Notes under the pieces: model-generated
What the model saw: only the letters and a program-made list of their open reading frames with translations
What the model was told of the DNA's origin: nothing
Databases searched by the model: none
Assembly: GCA_030167865.1 (NCBI GenBank)
Contig: JALAGF010001187.1
Location: 62,001-92,611 of the forward strand
Length of the DNA: 30,611 bases
Direction: 5' to 3'
DNA from: Craspedostauros australis
Taxonomy: Eukaryota
Made by a program: the position numbers and the translations under genes
Shown here: in pieces, positions 1-11,475 of the stretch
Numbering within the stretch: position 1 is the first letter of the stretch
How the letters are laid out: each line of letters begins with the position of its first letter

Positions 1-7
1 GATGCAT

Positions 8-47
8 TGATGGCTGATGGCTGATGGCTGATGGCTGATGGCTGATG
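8..47. repeat. 7-bp tandem repeat (TGATGGC) x5.7
   Basis: Five perfect TGATGGC units at 8-42 plus a partial TGATG at 43-47. Confidence 0.95.
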
Positions 48-1193
48 TTGGCTGTTGTTGATTGGTGCCATCGCCGCCGTTGCCTCCAAAGAAGATCTGC
101 GTTGCGGAAGGTCCTCTGCCATCACATTCTCAAAGAAGAGCGTGGCGCATGCCGATGCGTTGTCGGAGTCAATCGAGTCGTTCTGTATCCGTGACTGGAG
201 ACTCAGTGCAAGATACCAATCGCCAAATGGTGCCACCAACTTCGCGCCCAAAATTGCAGCTGCTCCATCATTCTTGGTCGTCTGTCATGTTCCTTGAAGC
301 TCTAGATCTTCTTGCATGACACAACATCATTCAGCATCGTCGTCCTTCTTCGATCAGCAGATCAGCAACGTCAGAGTCATCGGTCATCCTGTTCCCGTCC
401 ACCGCTCGACGAAGATCAAGAACCGACATCTCGTGCTATCGCACGATACATGTAGGTCATCATTCACTCTCAACCAGCAACAGAAGATGACAGTCAAATA
501 ATCATAGTTAGCCTTTCACACGATCACAAGATGGACATGCCGATAAGGTGCGTCATGTGTTCAGATGCAAATTCCGGCATTTCCTTGTTGACTCCAAGAA
601 ATGGATAAATCGAATCGACGTGCTCCACGATGATGCTCTGCACGCAAATCGAGTGCAACCTGGAAGTGCTCTATTCGTGGTTTGGTCATAATAGTAGTTG
701 TTAGATTTATCGACAGATTCAAACACGGAATGTCGTCGGTCACGATTCTTGGCGATTTGCCGTGTTGTATTGGTTGACGCTTGATGATGTCACTGACCTC
801 TCGAAACACGCAAGGAAATTTCTCTAGTTGGTGATCTGTCCAAAGCTGTCACATTTTTCCAAACACTTCCCTGCTGGTCCGCCCTTCCGTCACGGCATCA
901 CGCTTCTGTTTGCGAATACTGACAATTCGCAGACTTCTGTCTCCCAAGGTGTGCGATCAAAATGGCGACCATCACACAAGAGGGAGGATCGACACCTCGC
1001 CAGCAGAGGCGGAGTGGAGGGAGAAACAACTGGAAGGAGATTCGAAATGCAGGAAGGAACGGTGCGACGAAGCCTTGGGACAGCGCAGCATCTGCTGCAT
1101 GTACCTGTGCGAGTATGAGTGGTTCGTGTGTAACATCAATCCGATAGCGACCCGATAACGCTTGGCCGTACTCGTGCGAGGACGATCTTTGGT

Positions 1194-2741
1194 ATGCAAC
1201 CTCCTCCGATGATGTGCTCATTATCCGACAAGGCATCGCTGTGCTCCGATCAACCAACAGACTCATCAAACACATCGTGGGAGGGCATTCTCAGGCATTT
1301 GGAGGTACTCTCATACAGTCAACCAATCCAACCAGCTGGAGCGATGGATCGCCGGCCCCAAAATCATTTGGCTTTTGGATTAACTTCAACTTCCGCTTGG
1401 GCTCAGGATGGAGGCTGCATCGATAGCACCACCCGCAGCAGCAGCAGCGTCGGCGTCAGCGTCGGCGGAAGGACCAACTGGAGCTGCATACCGGTAAGCA
1501 ATCGCAACATTCCGTCGAGGCGTTTGGAACATGTGACGACACCGGGAAGACAACTCTTGAACAACCCCACACGGATCTCGCCAGAACCATCGCTTCACTC
1601 ACCGCTGCGTGTCCACGGCCAAGGGCTTGCAATGTCGAAGACTATCCATCGTGACGACAAGCATGACGACAACAATGGCAGAACCAACCACATGAACAAG
1701 CATGGCAATTGTGACACGGGGGCGAGCGATGATTTGGTCACGACACTCGATTCGTTGGACATGGATCAAATCCCGAACGTTGCGTGGACCGTGCATGATG
1801 ATGCATTCGAAGCAGCAGTCGAAGCAATTCAGCTCTCGGACTTGTCACATTCGAAACAACATCCAAAGCAAGTGCTCAAGACGCACCTTGACGACTCAGC
1901 GCTCTGCGCGCCGTTCATCATTCCACCCTTGGATCCGATGGAAGAGCTAGCCCAAAGGTCATCGTCAGCAAGCGCTGGCGACGCGGTGGCGATACCGTCG
2001 CTGTCACCGCGTCGGTCATTGTCTCCGATTCCATTCATTTCCGTGGATGGATCACCACGAGCATTGGCACTGCCGGGATGTTGGACAGTTCCAGAAGCAG
2101 CCGCTCGTATTCGCCATGCCATCTTTTGGAAGTCCGAAGAGCAAGTGCCACCTCTGCAGCCTCCTTCCAACGTACCGGAATGGGAGAGTGCGCCTACCCA
2201 ACATGCTACAATCAGCACAGCAATCAACAGCGCGAGGGGAGAGATCGCGACTCGCATTGCGCGGAACAGCTTGGTTGGGAAAGAAACCACGTCGGGGACA
2301 GAAGATGCCCAACCGCATGGTCCAGAGGCCATCGTGGAACAAGAGCTCGATCTCACCGATACCATGCTCCAGGATGACATCTTCATCAAGCAGCCAAACC
2401 CCAATGATGTGGTGTGCGAGAGGGGTAGCAGGAGCAACTCTCACCCCGGCAATCGTAGATACCTGGACCGCCTGCTCGAACTTCAGCCTGCATACAAGGC
2501 ATCGAAACGAGGTCCCAAGAGCAGCATTTGCATGGAGCTCATCCGCTGGGTCCAAGACACTCAGCACGGGCGATTTCTGAGGCAGGACAAGGTCACGCGG
2601 CATTGGTACGTGGCAGACGAGAAGTTCGTTCGCAACAAGGTCGGGCAATCATTGCGCGCCGACCACACCGCTGAAGGCAGAGAGGCAAAGCGCCAACGAT
2701 ACAGCGCAATTGCAAACCCACACGACAGGAGCACTTGCTGA
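1194..2741 (+). CDS. DUF6824 domain-containing protein (diatom-expanded family), 515 aa
   Basis: Long intronless ORF with a low-complexity N-terminus. The C-terminal region (~2400-2660) has the DUF6824 pattern NDVVCERGSRSNSHPGNRRY...YKASKRGPKSSICMELIRWVQDTQHGRFLRQDKVTRHWYVADEKFVRNKVGQSLR. Start codon uncertain. Confidence 0.85.
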   Translation: MQPPPMMCSLSDKASLCSDQPTDSSNTSWEGILRHLEVLSYSQPIQPAGAMDRRPQNHLAFGLTSTSAWAQDGGCIDSTTRSSSSVGVSVGGRTNWSCIPVSNRNIPSRRLEHVTTPGRQLLNNPTRISPEPSLHSPLRVHGQGLAMSKTIHRDDKHDDNNGRTNHMNKHGNCDTGASDDLVTTLDSLDMDQIPNVAWTVHDDAFEAAVEAIQLSDLSHSKQHPKQVLKTHLDDSALCAPFIIPPLDPMEELAQRSSSASAGDAVAIPSLSPRRSLSPIPFISVDGSPRALALPGCWTVPEAAARIRHAIFWKSEEQVPPLQPPSNVPEWESAPTQHATISTAINSARGEIATRIARNSLVGKETTSGTEDAQPHGPEAIVEQELDLTDTMLQDDIFIKQPNPNDVVCERGSRSNSHPGNRRYLDRLLELQPAYKASKRGPKSSICMELIRWVQDTQHGRFLRQDKVTRHWYVADEKFVRNKVGQSLRADHTAEGREAKRQRYSAIANPHDRSTC

Positions 2742-4240
2742 TTGATGTGCGAATGCATATTCCTGCGAATGGCAATGTCCAGTATTGGAGTAAATGTATG
2801 TGCACCGGACATTGTATTCCTACTCTCAATTAATCGTACGCTGATGACGAGTGCCCCACCATGATACGAACCTTTTAGGCAGAGGACCAGTTGGCCGCAC
2901 TCAATTCACAATACTGCTTTGCTGCGATCACAAGGCGCGACACTCGCACTCGTGCGTCACTAACGCGCACCTTGACGGGAACAGTATCCCCACTCGCAGT
3001 TCGTAGCTCGTACAATGACTTGTTTGTATCATAGTTTGCAAATCATAGTTCGCCGCTTGTTGTCAACGAAAGCACAAACATCGCAAGTAGATCAGCGTTG
3101 GAGACAGATGAGATGGTGAGCTCCCTCTACCCATGAGTCCTCACCCGGGTATTGCTACTTTGGTTGGCGTAGCTGCAAACGCAGTGTTCGTGAATCGATG
3201 CATTGAGTCACGAATTGGAGCCTACTCGTGACTTATCCACAAATTCGTTCGCGCAATTCAGTCACAACAGCCAATCGAGAGTACTCATGTGACGCGGCAC
3301 AGAAAGACACACAAACGTGTGTGTTGTGTCACACCTAAATTCGAACCGGATAATTCTTGCAGTCGTGCATAAAGTGAAACAATGCCAAAGCATCGCGACA
3401 CATGCATTCGTCAGATGACTGGAGAAACGTGATGTGTTGTGATGAAGAAGCGCCGCAGAGAGAGAACAAATACGACCTGCTCTCCCTCGTACGACCAACT
3501 GCACGCGTTCTTGCACGATGGGGAAAGGACGGTCGCCGTGGTCATGACCAGCTGCGCAGGCGCTGTGGGAGCTGACCGTATCTTACTTGTGACCATGCGT
3601 CGGCATGCTCCCCAACTCGGAGGCACTTGATGACGAGATGAACTCACGAATGCTCCTGCCTCTCCCCTGGAAGGGTGGCCATGGCCGATCAGCCTCCCTC
3701 TCCAGAGATTGGAGGAGGCGCCTGCACAGAGGAGGGCCATCAAACCAACAGCCCAAAGAATTGATTGACTGTGGGAACCTCAACAACCGTACAAAGGAAC
3801 AAACCGAGAGGGGAGAAAGTCACAAAGTTGCTGCCACAATTTGAAAAGAGGATTGGCACGCGGGCTCGTGGAGTTTGCAAATTCAAAAACTGTCTTCGTT
3901 CAGCAACATCCTCATGCCAATCATCATCAACCACAACACATCAGAAGAAGGATTAAGCAGCAGTCAAGAAGACAGCAACAGTCGCATTGCAGTCATCGCA
4001 CCCCAGTCATCACAGTGCATCCAAACAAGCAAAGACTGCCACCACCACCGCCAAGGCCGAAGCCAATCTAGCATCACACAAGCACAGTGCTGATACCTCC
4101 GATCTAAAATACAATACCATACGCAGAGCTTTGGATCACAAACTCTCTCATCAAGAAGCCTTGGAGATATCGGCCATCGACCAACACAACGACACACCAT
4201 TCAACACCCTTCAACCGACACCCAACAAACATCCACAAGA

Positions 4241-7156
4241 ATGGCACGCCACGAGTTCCGAACGATGCCATCATCGTTGTTCACCAGATCCACGGCGAAA
4301 GTGATGTTGGTGGCATTCCTGGCGCAGAAGAGCATCGACGTTCTGCACGACCAGTCAGGAATCACCAGCCCAACCTCATTTTTCGACTTCGCGCCGAGCC
4401 AATCCACCATCTTTGCGCATGCCTGGGTGCCATACCAGGAAGATTACAACGATGATGGCGACGATGAGAGCACAAGCACAGACAGAAACGGCAGCCCGCC
4501 ATCCTACAGTGGCGCAGTGCCTATGTCTGCGGCGGGTGCCAATGCCGATGCAGACCAACGCGAAGACGGCCCCCTTCGATACGAGAGCGTGTACGAATAC
4601 CGTGCTCGCAATCACATCGAATACGGATACAGCGCCCAGCATATCTCCGATGAGTTGTGCAAGTCCGTCGATGAGCTGGACTGTGCTGTGATGGACGCTC
4701 GCTTCTTTTCCAACGCCCTCCACACACGCAGCATCGCCAGAGGCAACAACGGGAAGATCAAGGTGCTGTGCGTCATGGTGCGCTGGGAGGACGAGCTCAA
4801 GACCCTGCCTCCCAAGGCCGACTACGAGGAGCTGTGGAGCGGGGATGGATTCTCAGCGCAGGGCAGCGGCCCGATCCCCAGCGGCAGCATCAAGCGGTAC
4901 ATCAACCTCAATTCGTACGGCAACATCCTCCCTGAAGTCGTCATCACCGATTGGATCACGACGAACGGAACGGATGACTACTACGGATCGTTGCCCGCGA
5001 TCCACTTCTCAAAGCCCGACCAAAGAGGCGCATGGCATTACGTGCTGGAGCAGCTGGATGACTCCGGATTCGACTTCTCGCCCTTCGACACTGACAACGA
5101 TGGCTTTCTGGATTCGGTCATGTTCCTGCACTCTGGATACAGCGGGGAGTACGGCCTCGGTTACTGCAGCGACGAGATACCTGCAGGTGAAGCTCTGCCG
5201 ACGGGAACCAGAGATCGAGTGAGCAGCCACGCCACACCTGGAGCGTCCCACAAGATATGGAAGAGCAAGGATGGCAAGTACAGCATGGGCAACTACGCCG
5301 TCACCAGCGGTTTTCGGGGAAGGTGCACAGGCAACCTGGCCCGCCTCAACATCATCACCCATGAGTTCCTGCATACCTTCGGCCTACCCGACATGAATGG
5401 CTTCTGCGGCATCTGGGGAGGACTTGGTGCATTCGACATCATGGCGAAGAGCAACGGAGTACTTGGCAAGCCAGCATGGCCACCAATGATGTCGCCGTGG
5501 ACCAAGTACGAGCTGGGCTGGAGCAATCCCATCGAGATCACCGAAGATGGCACCTACACGGCCAGGCCCTCCGCCTACCACGATGACAATTTCATCATCA
5601 AGAAGGGATACAAATCAAAGGAGTATCTACGTAAGTGTGAATTGGTTCGACCGTTTGTTCGTCCGAGAGAGAGAGTGTGCATGTGCATGTGTCTGTGTCC
5701 GTGCCTATCAAGAATCACCATCACAATCACAATCGCGTATCACACACATTGGCGTAGGTACATGTTTGAGGCATTCTGTCACTTGACTTCACTTCAGAGT
5801 TCATCTGTGATGGATGGGCTGATTTCATCACACCCAGAGTATGGTGCTACCAATATGCTTGAATGCACACAATAATCATACTCGAAGTGCGCATCTCACA
5901 TTCTCTTTCATCTCTCTCTACTGTTTGCGACATCTTACGCAGTGATCGAAAACCGTATGCCAGTGGAATGGGACAAGGACCTGTGGGATCATGGTATGAT
6001 GATTTACCACGTCGACGAGAACCGACGCAAGGATGGTGGCCTGATTGGTTGGGGTGCGACAGATAGCGGGTATCCCAACCTCCGTGACGCGCAGTGGCCG
6101 GGATCTGGTCAGCATTTCAAGGTGGCGGTTCTCGCCCCGGACGGCAGGTACGATCTGGAAAAGTGCAATGGTCATGGCGACGCAGGTGACTTCTTCTCTT
6201 CCAGCGATCAAGTTTTGGGTCCAGGCAACGGCGAGTACGAAGCCACCGAAGCTGGCACGTACCCTAACACGGACTCGTATGCGTTCGGGGACATTCAGGT
6301 CACGGGGATCGTCATCAGCAACTTCCGTCAGGTTCCCGGATCCGACGACTTCCAATTCGACATAACAGGGCTGAGCGATCCGACGGAGGTCCCAACTCTC
6401 ACTCCAACAAGCCAACCAACTTCGGCACCGACAGCGCGACCGACGGCAAATCCCACAGACCAACCCACATCATCTCCATCGCACAGCCCAACGCGGAAAC
6501 CAACGAGCGCGCCGACGAGTGCACCAACCAGCACACCAACAGCTTGGCCAACAGCGAGACCAACATCTGAGCCAACAGCCGGGCCCACGGCCAGCCCCGT
6601 CACAAGCCCTCCCACAGGCAGTCCCACCCAGAAGCCGTCCCGTATGCCAACGGCGATTCCTACTGAGGCGCCAACAGCGATTCCTACTGAGGCACCAGCT
6701 TCGACGCCAACTTTGACACCGACGCATCTTCCCACACAAATGCTATCAACAAACCCGACGAGCATGACGAGCATGCCAAGCACGCCACAGCCCACAGGCG
6801 TCACGATCTCCCCGACGTCCTCGCCGACACAGAAGCCCACTGTTGTGATGGATGATGTCATGTCGAGCATGCCAACGAATGCGACTCTCCCAGATCAGGA
6901 AGCATCCAGCATGCCATCCAGTTCTCCCTCCGAAGGTAGCACCAGCACTGTCGATAGTCGGGACACCAGCAGTGATGGGAATGGAGGCGTCCAGCAGCCC
7001 GGGGGAGACAGCGAAGCTCCATCAATATCTGTTCAGGCCACGCCGACTGAGCAACCCACTTCGCAGCCAACAGCATCATCCTCAGCAGTTGCGTCGCGAG
7101 TCACTATGCATTCCGTGCTTGCGATTGTGTTCGCAACTCTGGGCGCCCTTGTGTAA
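4241..7156 (+). CDS. M6 family (immune inhibitor A-like) zinc metalloprotease with Pro/Thr stalk and C-terminal GPI-like signal; 2 exons (4241..5630, 5943..7156), ~867 aa
   Basis: Zinc motif HEFLHTFGLPD at 5360..5392. M6 hallmarks include GSIKRYINLNSYG, DFSPFDTDNDGFLDSVMFLHSGYSGE, GLGAFDIMA and PPMMSPWTKYELGW. A phase-1 GT-AG intron restores KEYL-L-IENR followed by GMMIYHVDE. PT repeats and a hydrophobic tail VLAIVFATLGALV* follow. Start could be 4241 or a slightly downstream ATG. Confidence 0.9.
5631..5942 (+). other. spliceosomal intron of M6 protease gene (312 bp)
   Basis: Donor GTAAGT at 5631; pyrimidine-rich tract then CAG ending at 5942. Removal keeps the frame and joins the conserved EYLLIENR motif. 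Confidence 0.9.
6380..6842 (+). repeat. coding PT(x)x tetrapeptide repeat (mucin-like stalk)
   Basis: PTSQ/PTSA/PTAR/PTAN... units; near-identical 24-bp direct repeat at 6647..6670 / 6671..6694 (PTAIPTEA x2). Confidence 0.9.
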
Positions 7157-7780
7157 AGGAACTGTGGGGCACTGGAGACTCGAAGTAAGCTTACGTAGAG
7201 ATATGGAGAGTGCTGCAATGTATTGTAGAATATTCAGGGATGTCGTACATGCTGGTCCTTCCCGGGTGGTATGGAAATCATGCTTGTTGCGACGCCGTTT
7301 GCTTCTGCGAAAGGATGGTTAAGTAAGTCTGGTGGTATGAACATGACATTCGTCAACGCATGGCATGATACCGTCCAGAAGAAGATGATGTGGTGAAGGA
7401 GCACTCCGAGGAAAAGGCGACCTGCAGTCTCATGGGTTGAATCGATACCTTCACTTCCCCTCAATGCCCGGCCGAATTGGATGTTTTCAACTTGCGAAGG
7501 AAGGGAAGCATCCGAGGAGAGGAACCGTGGTTGCCGATAGAGTACTCTGTTGGATTGTGTAATGTATTGGGTACATGTAATGTATTATATTACAAGTGTT
7601 ATTGTATCTCGTTTGTGCACGTACTCGTACTTGTATGGGAAGGTACGTTTCATAGCACACTCTATCTAACTTCAAAATTGCGCAATGGCACCATTGCCTT
7701 GCCCGCGGTATGTATGTCCCGTGCGCGTCGCTCGCATGTAAGCAAGCGAGGACATTTGGTGCCAGCATCGATGGTGATAC

Positions 7781-8761
7781 TCAGTTGATGTATCGATCAC
7801 CACGATGGATCTTCTGGCGGTTGCGAAGCAGTGAGGTGACGAAGAGGGTTTTGTGGCTCTTGTCGCAGAAGAGACCAAATTCGTCGGCCAGAGAATTGCC
7901 CTCCTCTCGCTGCTTGACCACCAGCTTGTTGGCAAGCTTCTGGTGGTAGTGTCGTTCGTGGAGAAGGCCGTGAACGTTGTCGTTTCGCAGGAGCCCATCC
8001 ACGCAGATGGGTTCGTTCTGTGCTTCGACCTTGTCACTGTTGGTGGTGTTTGTGCAGTCGGAGTTGTCATCAACAACAGTAGCAGCAGCAGCAGCAGTCG
8101 GAGTCGTAACAGCCGAAACAGCACGATCCTGCTGCTTGTACTGATGCAACAAGGCAAGGCCTTCCTGCTTGATGCGCTTGTACTCCTTTGGTCGGTACCA
8201 GAGCTTGCGCTTTTGCTTCTCGTTGATGCTCTTCCTGCTGAAGGTGTGGTGGGTGATCACGTCATCGGAGAAGCGAAGGAACTTGCCTGGCTGGTTGCGC
8301 TTGAGGCAGGCGGAGTCCGAAGGCGAGTGCAGGCTGCTGCCCCAGCTGGAGGACAAGGTGTGGAGGCTGTTGCCGGCCGCGAGGGACGACCGCTCGCTGA
8401 GGCTGGCGCTGAGCTGCGTGGAGACGGTGGCTGCGGTGTGGGTGCTGCTGTTGGCGTCGCTCCATTGGCGCGATGCCTGCAGATGGGAGGCGAGGCTCTT
8501 GCTGGTTGGCGGCTTCGTGGGGTAGATGGCGGCGTCGCTGTCGCTTGGAGCAGCGGGAGCATCCAGAGCGGACCACTCGATGCACATCGTCCTCAGCCTC
8601 GGGAAGGCGCTCTGCTGCTTCTCTGTCAGGGTTGGCGACGAGATGTCCTCAGGCTGGTGGCTGTCGCACAATGATGGGGAGACTATCCTTCCATCGAACT
8701 TGTAAACGCTGCGTTCTTGCGTTGGAGATTGCATGTTCATGCTGCTTGTTGACGTTGTCAT
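7781..8761 (-). CDS. hypothetical protein (326 aa), Ser-rich, with a diatom-type 'LRFS...LWY...EYKRIK' motif
   Basis: ATG-started 326-aa ORF with an A/C-rich 5' leader. The motif LRFSDDVITHHTFSRKSINEKQKRKLWYRPKEYKRIKQE...CVDGL resembles, from memory, a common uncharacterised diatom family. Confidence 0.75.
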   Translation of the reverse strand: MTTSTSSMNMQSPTQERSVYKFDGRIVSPSLCDSHQPEDISSPTLTEKQQSAFPRLRTMCIEWSALDAPAAPSDSDAAIYPTKPPTSKSLASHLQASRQWSDANSSTHTAATVSTQLSASLSERSSLAAGNSLHTLSSSWGSSLHSPSDSACLKRNQPGKFLRFSDDVITHHTFSRKSINEKQKRKLWYRPKEYKRIKQEGLALLHQYKQQDRAVSAVTTPTAAAAATVVDDNSDCTNTTNSDKVEAQNEPICVDGLLRNDNVHGLLHERHYHQKLANKLVVKQREEGNSLADEFGLFCDKSHKTLFVTSLLRNRQKIHRGDRYIN

Positions 8762-11007
8762 GGTTGTTGTATTATACTTGTATTGTGATTGTATTCGTAC
8801 TTGTACTTGTATGCAAGTATGTATGGTATAATGGATATGCAGTGGTGATGCAGTTGCTGGTGTTGTCCCTGTTTATGAGCACTCTGCTGAAGTTTATGGT
8901 CTCTTTTTGTGCTGTTTGTATTTTGTTCGTAGATTGTGGGTTGTTCTCGTGCAACCCCTGTGATTGTTGTTGTGTGACGAACAAAGTGGAGTCTGACACT
9001 TGTCACCAGATGAAGCGCTCTTTCGCGTATACGCGCGTCCTTCATGCAGAATGCTGAAGCGAATCATGCACAGAGATTGATTGGAAGGAAACCGAAAGCG
9101 CGTTGTGGTTGCCGGCTACTTCACCCACGACGATCTTCGAGCCGCTGCCGTCCGTCGTGGTTTCTTGATTCTTCACGCGCGGCACACGTACTATGCGCGA
9201 AAGTGCTTGACACAAGGAGCTTCTTTCCCTCTTCTTCAACCGTTTGGTTCTGTCTTCTCGCTGCCACGATCGCACACAAACACCCTCGCGATGGCGTGTT
9301 ACAACGCGCGGGTAGCCGCACTCGAGCACGGAGTACACACCATTCTCGTACTCGAGCGACGCGATAACATCACGACGAGGGATGGATTGGTATGTCGGAG
9401 TGCGTTTCTGGGGCGTGAACCGGCTTTCTTTTCGTGCAGTTTGGAGTTTCGGGTGTGTGATGCTGCGGTGTCGTGTTGGAGCGCATGACTGGTCGGAGTG
9501 TGGCCCCTTGGTCGTCGTGTGCGTTGGAGCCACTTTGAGGCACAAGGCGTGGAACGGCGGTCGCACGGGTACTGTGCAAGACAGGATCAAGGCGTTTGGG
9601 CGTGTTCATGCTTCTTCTCTTGTGCGACGGTGCGAACCATGCCTTCTGATTTGTATAGCCCTTTGTATTTCCACACCAACCATGCGCAGCGTCAACCACA
9701 CCGATCAGACATCTTATTGATTCTCATGGAATGGGCTAGCGGACTGTCCAATTTAAGGGTGACATGAAGACGCAATCAATCATCAATGACCACACAAGCG
9801 CATGGTTGGCACGAACGACTCGTGTTCCGTCGTGTTTCCATGTTCGTAGCTTAAGACATGTAGCACAAGGAACACGAAACAAACAACGACATGTCAATCA
9901 ATGAATCAATGAATGCCACTTCCATCACGGACTGTCGCAGCATACCCCTCGATAGTCACACAATTAACCAAGAGAAAACTGATTTCTGTTTGGAACTATT
10001 CTTCTGCCTCAACCTGTTCTCAATTTCAATCTTGCCCCATAAGCCCTCACCCCCACGCTCAACCCTGTCCTGCGAGCACACCACAGCACACAGCAACACA
10101 CAGGATGGAGCTGAGAGAACTGGAAAAGAACGCACCAACAACAAGAAGTCCACACGAACGCAAAGTGGTGCACGTCCCGTTGCCGACCATGGCGGTGACA
10201 CTCCCGACGCTGCACCCAGAAGGGACGTCCCGCCAATGCGCCAACACCATTGTCATCGCTCTTCCTTTCAACACTTTCTCACAGACAACACCATTGTCAC
10301 TGCGGCTGTCGCTCTTCTTCTGTCTTGCACCATGGCACGAGTCACATGGCACACAAAGTGATCGTTGCGGCAACACATATGACATAGACTGCCATGGGTA
10401 GGAGGTACTACGAACGCTCTTCCACGAGGCATGGAGGACTCTTCCGTCGCAACCATGGCGTCAAGCGACATCAACCAAGATCGGCCAAGGCAAAGACGGT
10501 CGACCAAGAACGGTGACAGCCAACATCGGAGCGATCCATCACACCATCACATCGTTCGGCAAGTATCTTCCCATTTACAACAAGCACGGCATTGCGATGA
10601 GAAGGGGAATGCGAGCTCGGTGGCATCACGCGAAGATGGTGTGGTGATGGCGTTGCGCAACTCCACAAATCACCACAAACGGTACTGTTCTGCGCCATCG
10701 GACAGCATGCTCACAACACAGCTGCGAGTACGGGATGGATGGAGACTGTTGGATTTGGTAAGACTGCTCTGTTTTATTTGTATGCGCTGACTGTGTGGTT
10801 CAGTACGAGTAGCTTGTACGCTCATCTCATCACCTTCCTTTGGGCCTGACAGTGGTGGCTCCACACGATTGCAACCGAGCCTTGCCTCGCGTTGGCTTCC
10901 ATGTGATCCTACGAAAAACGATGTACCTGTTGACTCACCACCCATTTGCTCTTGCTGTTTCACTTGCTCCTACTTTTGCACTTCGATCGCTGCGGAGGGC
11001 ATCATTA

Positions 11008-11475
11008 TTACATGAAAGTGTCAGGATTGGCATCCAACAGCGCACCAAAGGCTTCATCCAAGATTGCCGCGTTGTTCGCTGGCTCCGCATCCGTTCCGGT
11101 AGATAACCGCTGCCAGAGGCTCCACTTTTGTATAATGTGACGCGTTTTTTCGCTCTCGCTGTGAAAGGCCAACTCAAGGGCCACTTGCTCCTTTGGTGCC
11201 ACCCCTCCAAGCAGGAGCTTGGCCATGCCGAGCCTATCAGGCATGAAGCGGCACGTTTCGATGTGCCTTCCTTCAGCGCCAAACAAATCTACAAAGATCC
11301 ACCGTCCTCCGGATTTAGCATCTGGGGCAACGTATGCACGTGCGAATGGATTTGGCGCCAAGGACCTGTATAACGAGGGAACGATGGTCCTTGCTTCGAG
11401 GAACATCTCGCACTCAGTGTTCAAGCGCTTGTGATGCTTGGCGTACACAAGAGCCATCTCTAGTGGGATTGTCAT
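11008..11475 (-). CDS. small orphan protein (155 aa), unknown function
   Basis: ATG at 11475 in ACAATG context after an A-rich leader. Globular-looking composition (MTIPLEMALVYAKHH...LLDANPDTFM). Ends in three consecutive in-frame stops TAA TAA TGA (11010..11002). No family recognised. Confidence 0.45.
   Translation of the reverse strand: MTIPLEMALVYAKHHKRLNTECEMFLEARTIVPSLYRSLAPNPFARAYVAPDAKSGGRWIFVDLFGAEGRHIETCRFMPDRLGMAKLLLGGVAPKEQVALELAFHSESEKTRHIIQKWSLWQRLSTGTDAEPANNAAILDEAFGALLDANPDTFM

Noticed and set aside
55-1160. Several short overlapping ORFs upstream of the DUF6824 gene
   Set aside because: All are 125 aa or shorter, have no recognisable motifs, and no consistent splice model could be built.
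3400-4200. Coding-looking GC-richer patch upstream of the M6 gene
   Set aside because: All frames are interrupted by stops and no family was recognised; cannot support an exon or pseudogene call.
5631-5875. C-terminal ~80 aa of the 544-aa ORF 4241..5875 (RKCELVRPF...)
   Set aside because: Read-through into the intron. The GTAAGT donor at 5631 and the restored EYLLIENR motif show it is not coding.
7853-8674. 273-aa plus-strand ORF
   Set aside because: Antisense shadow of the 7781..8761 (-) gene with Val/Leu/Gly/Ala-biased shadow composition.
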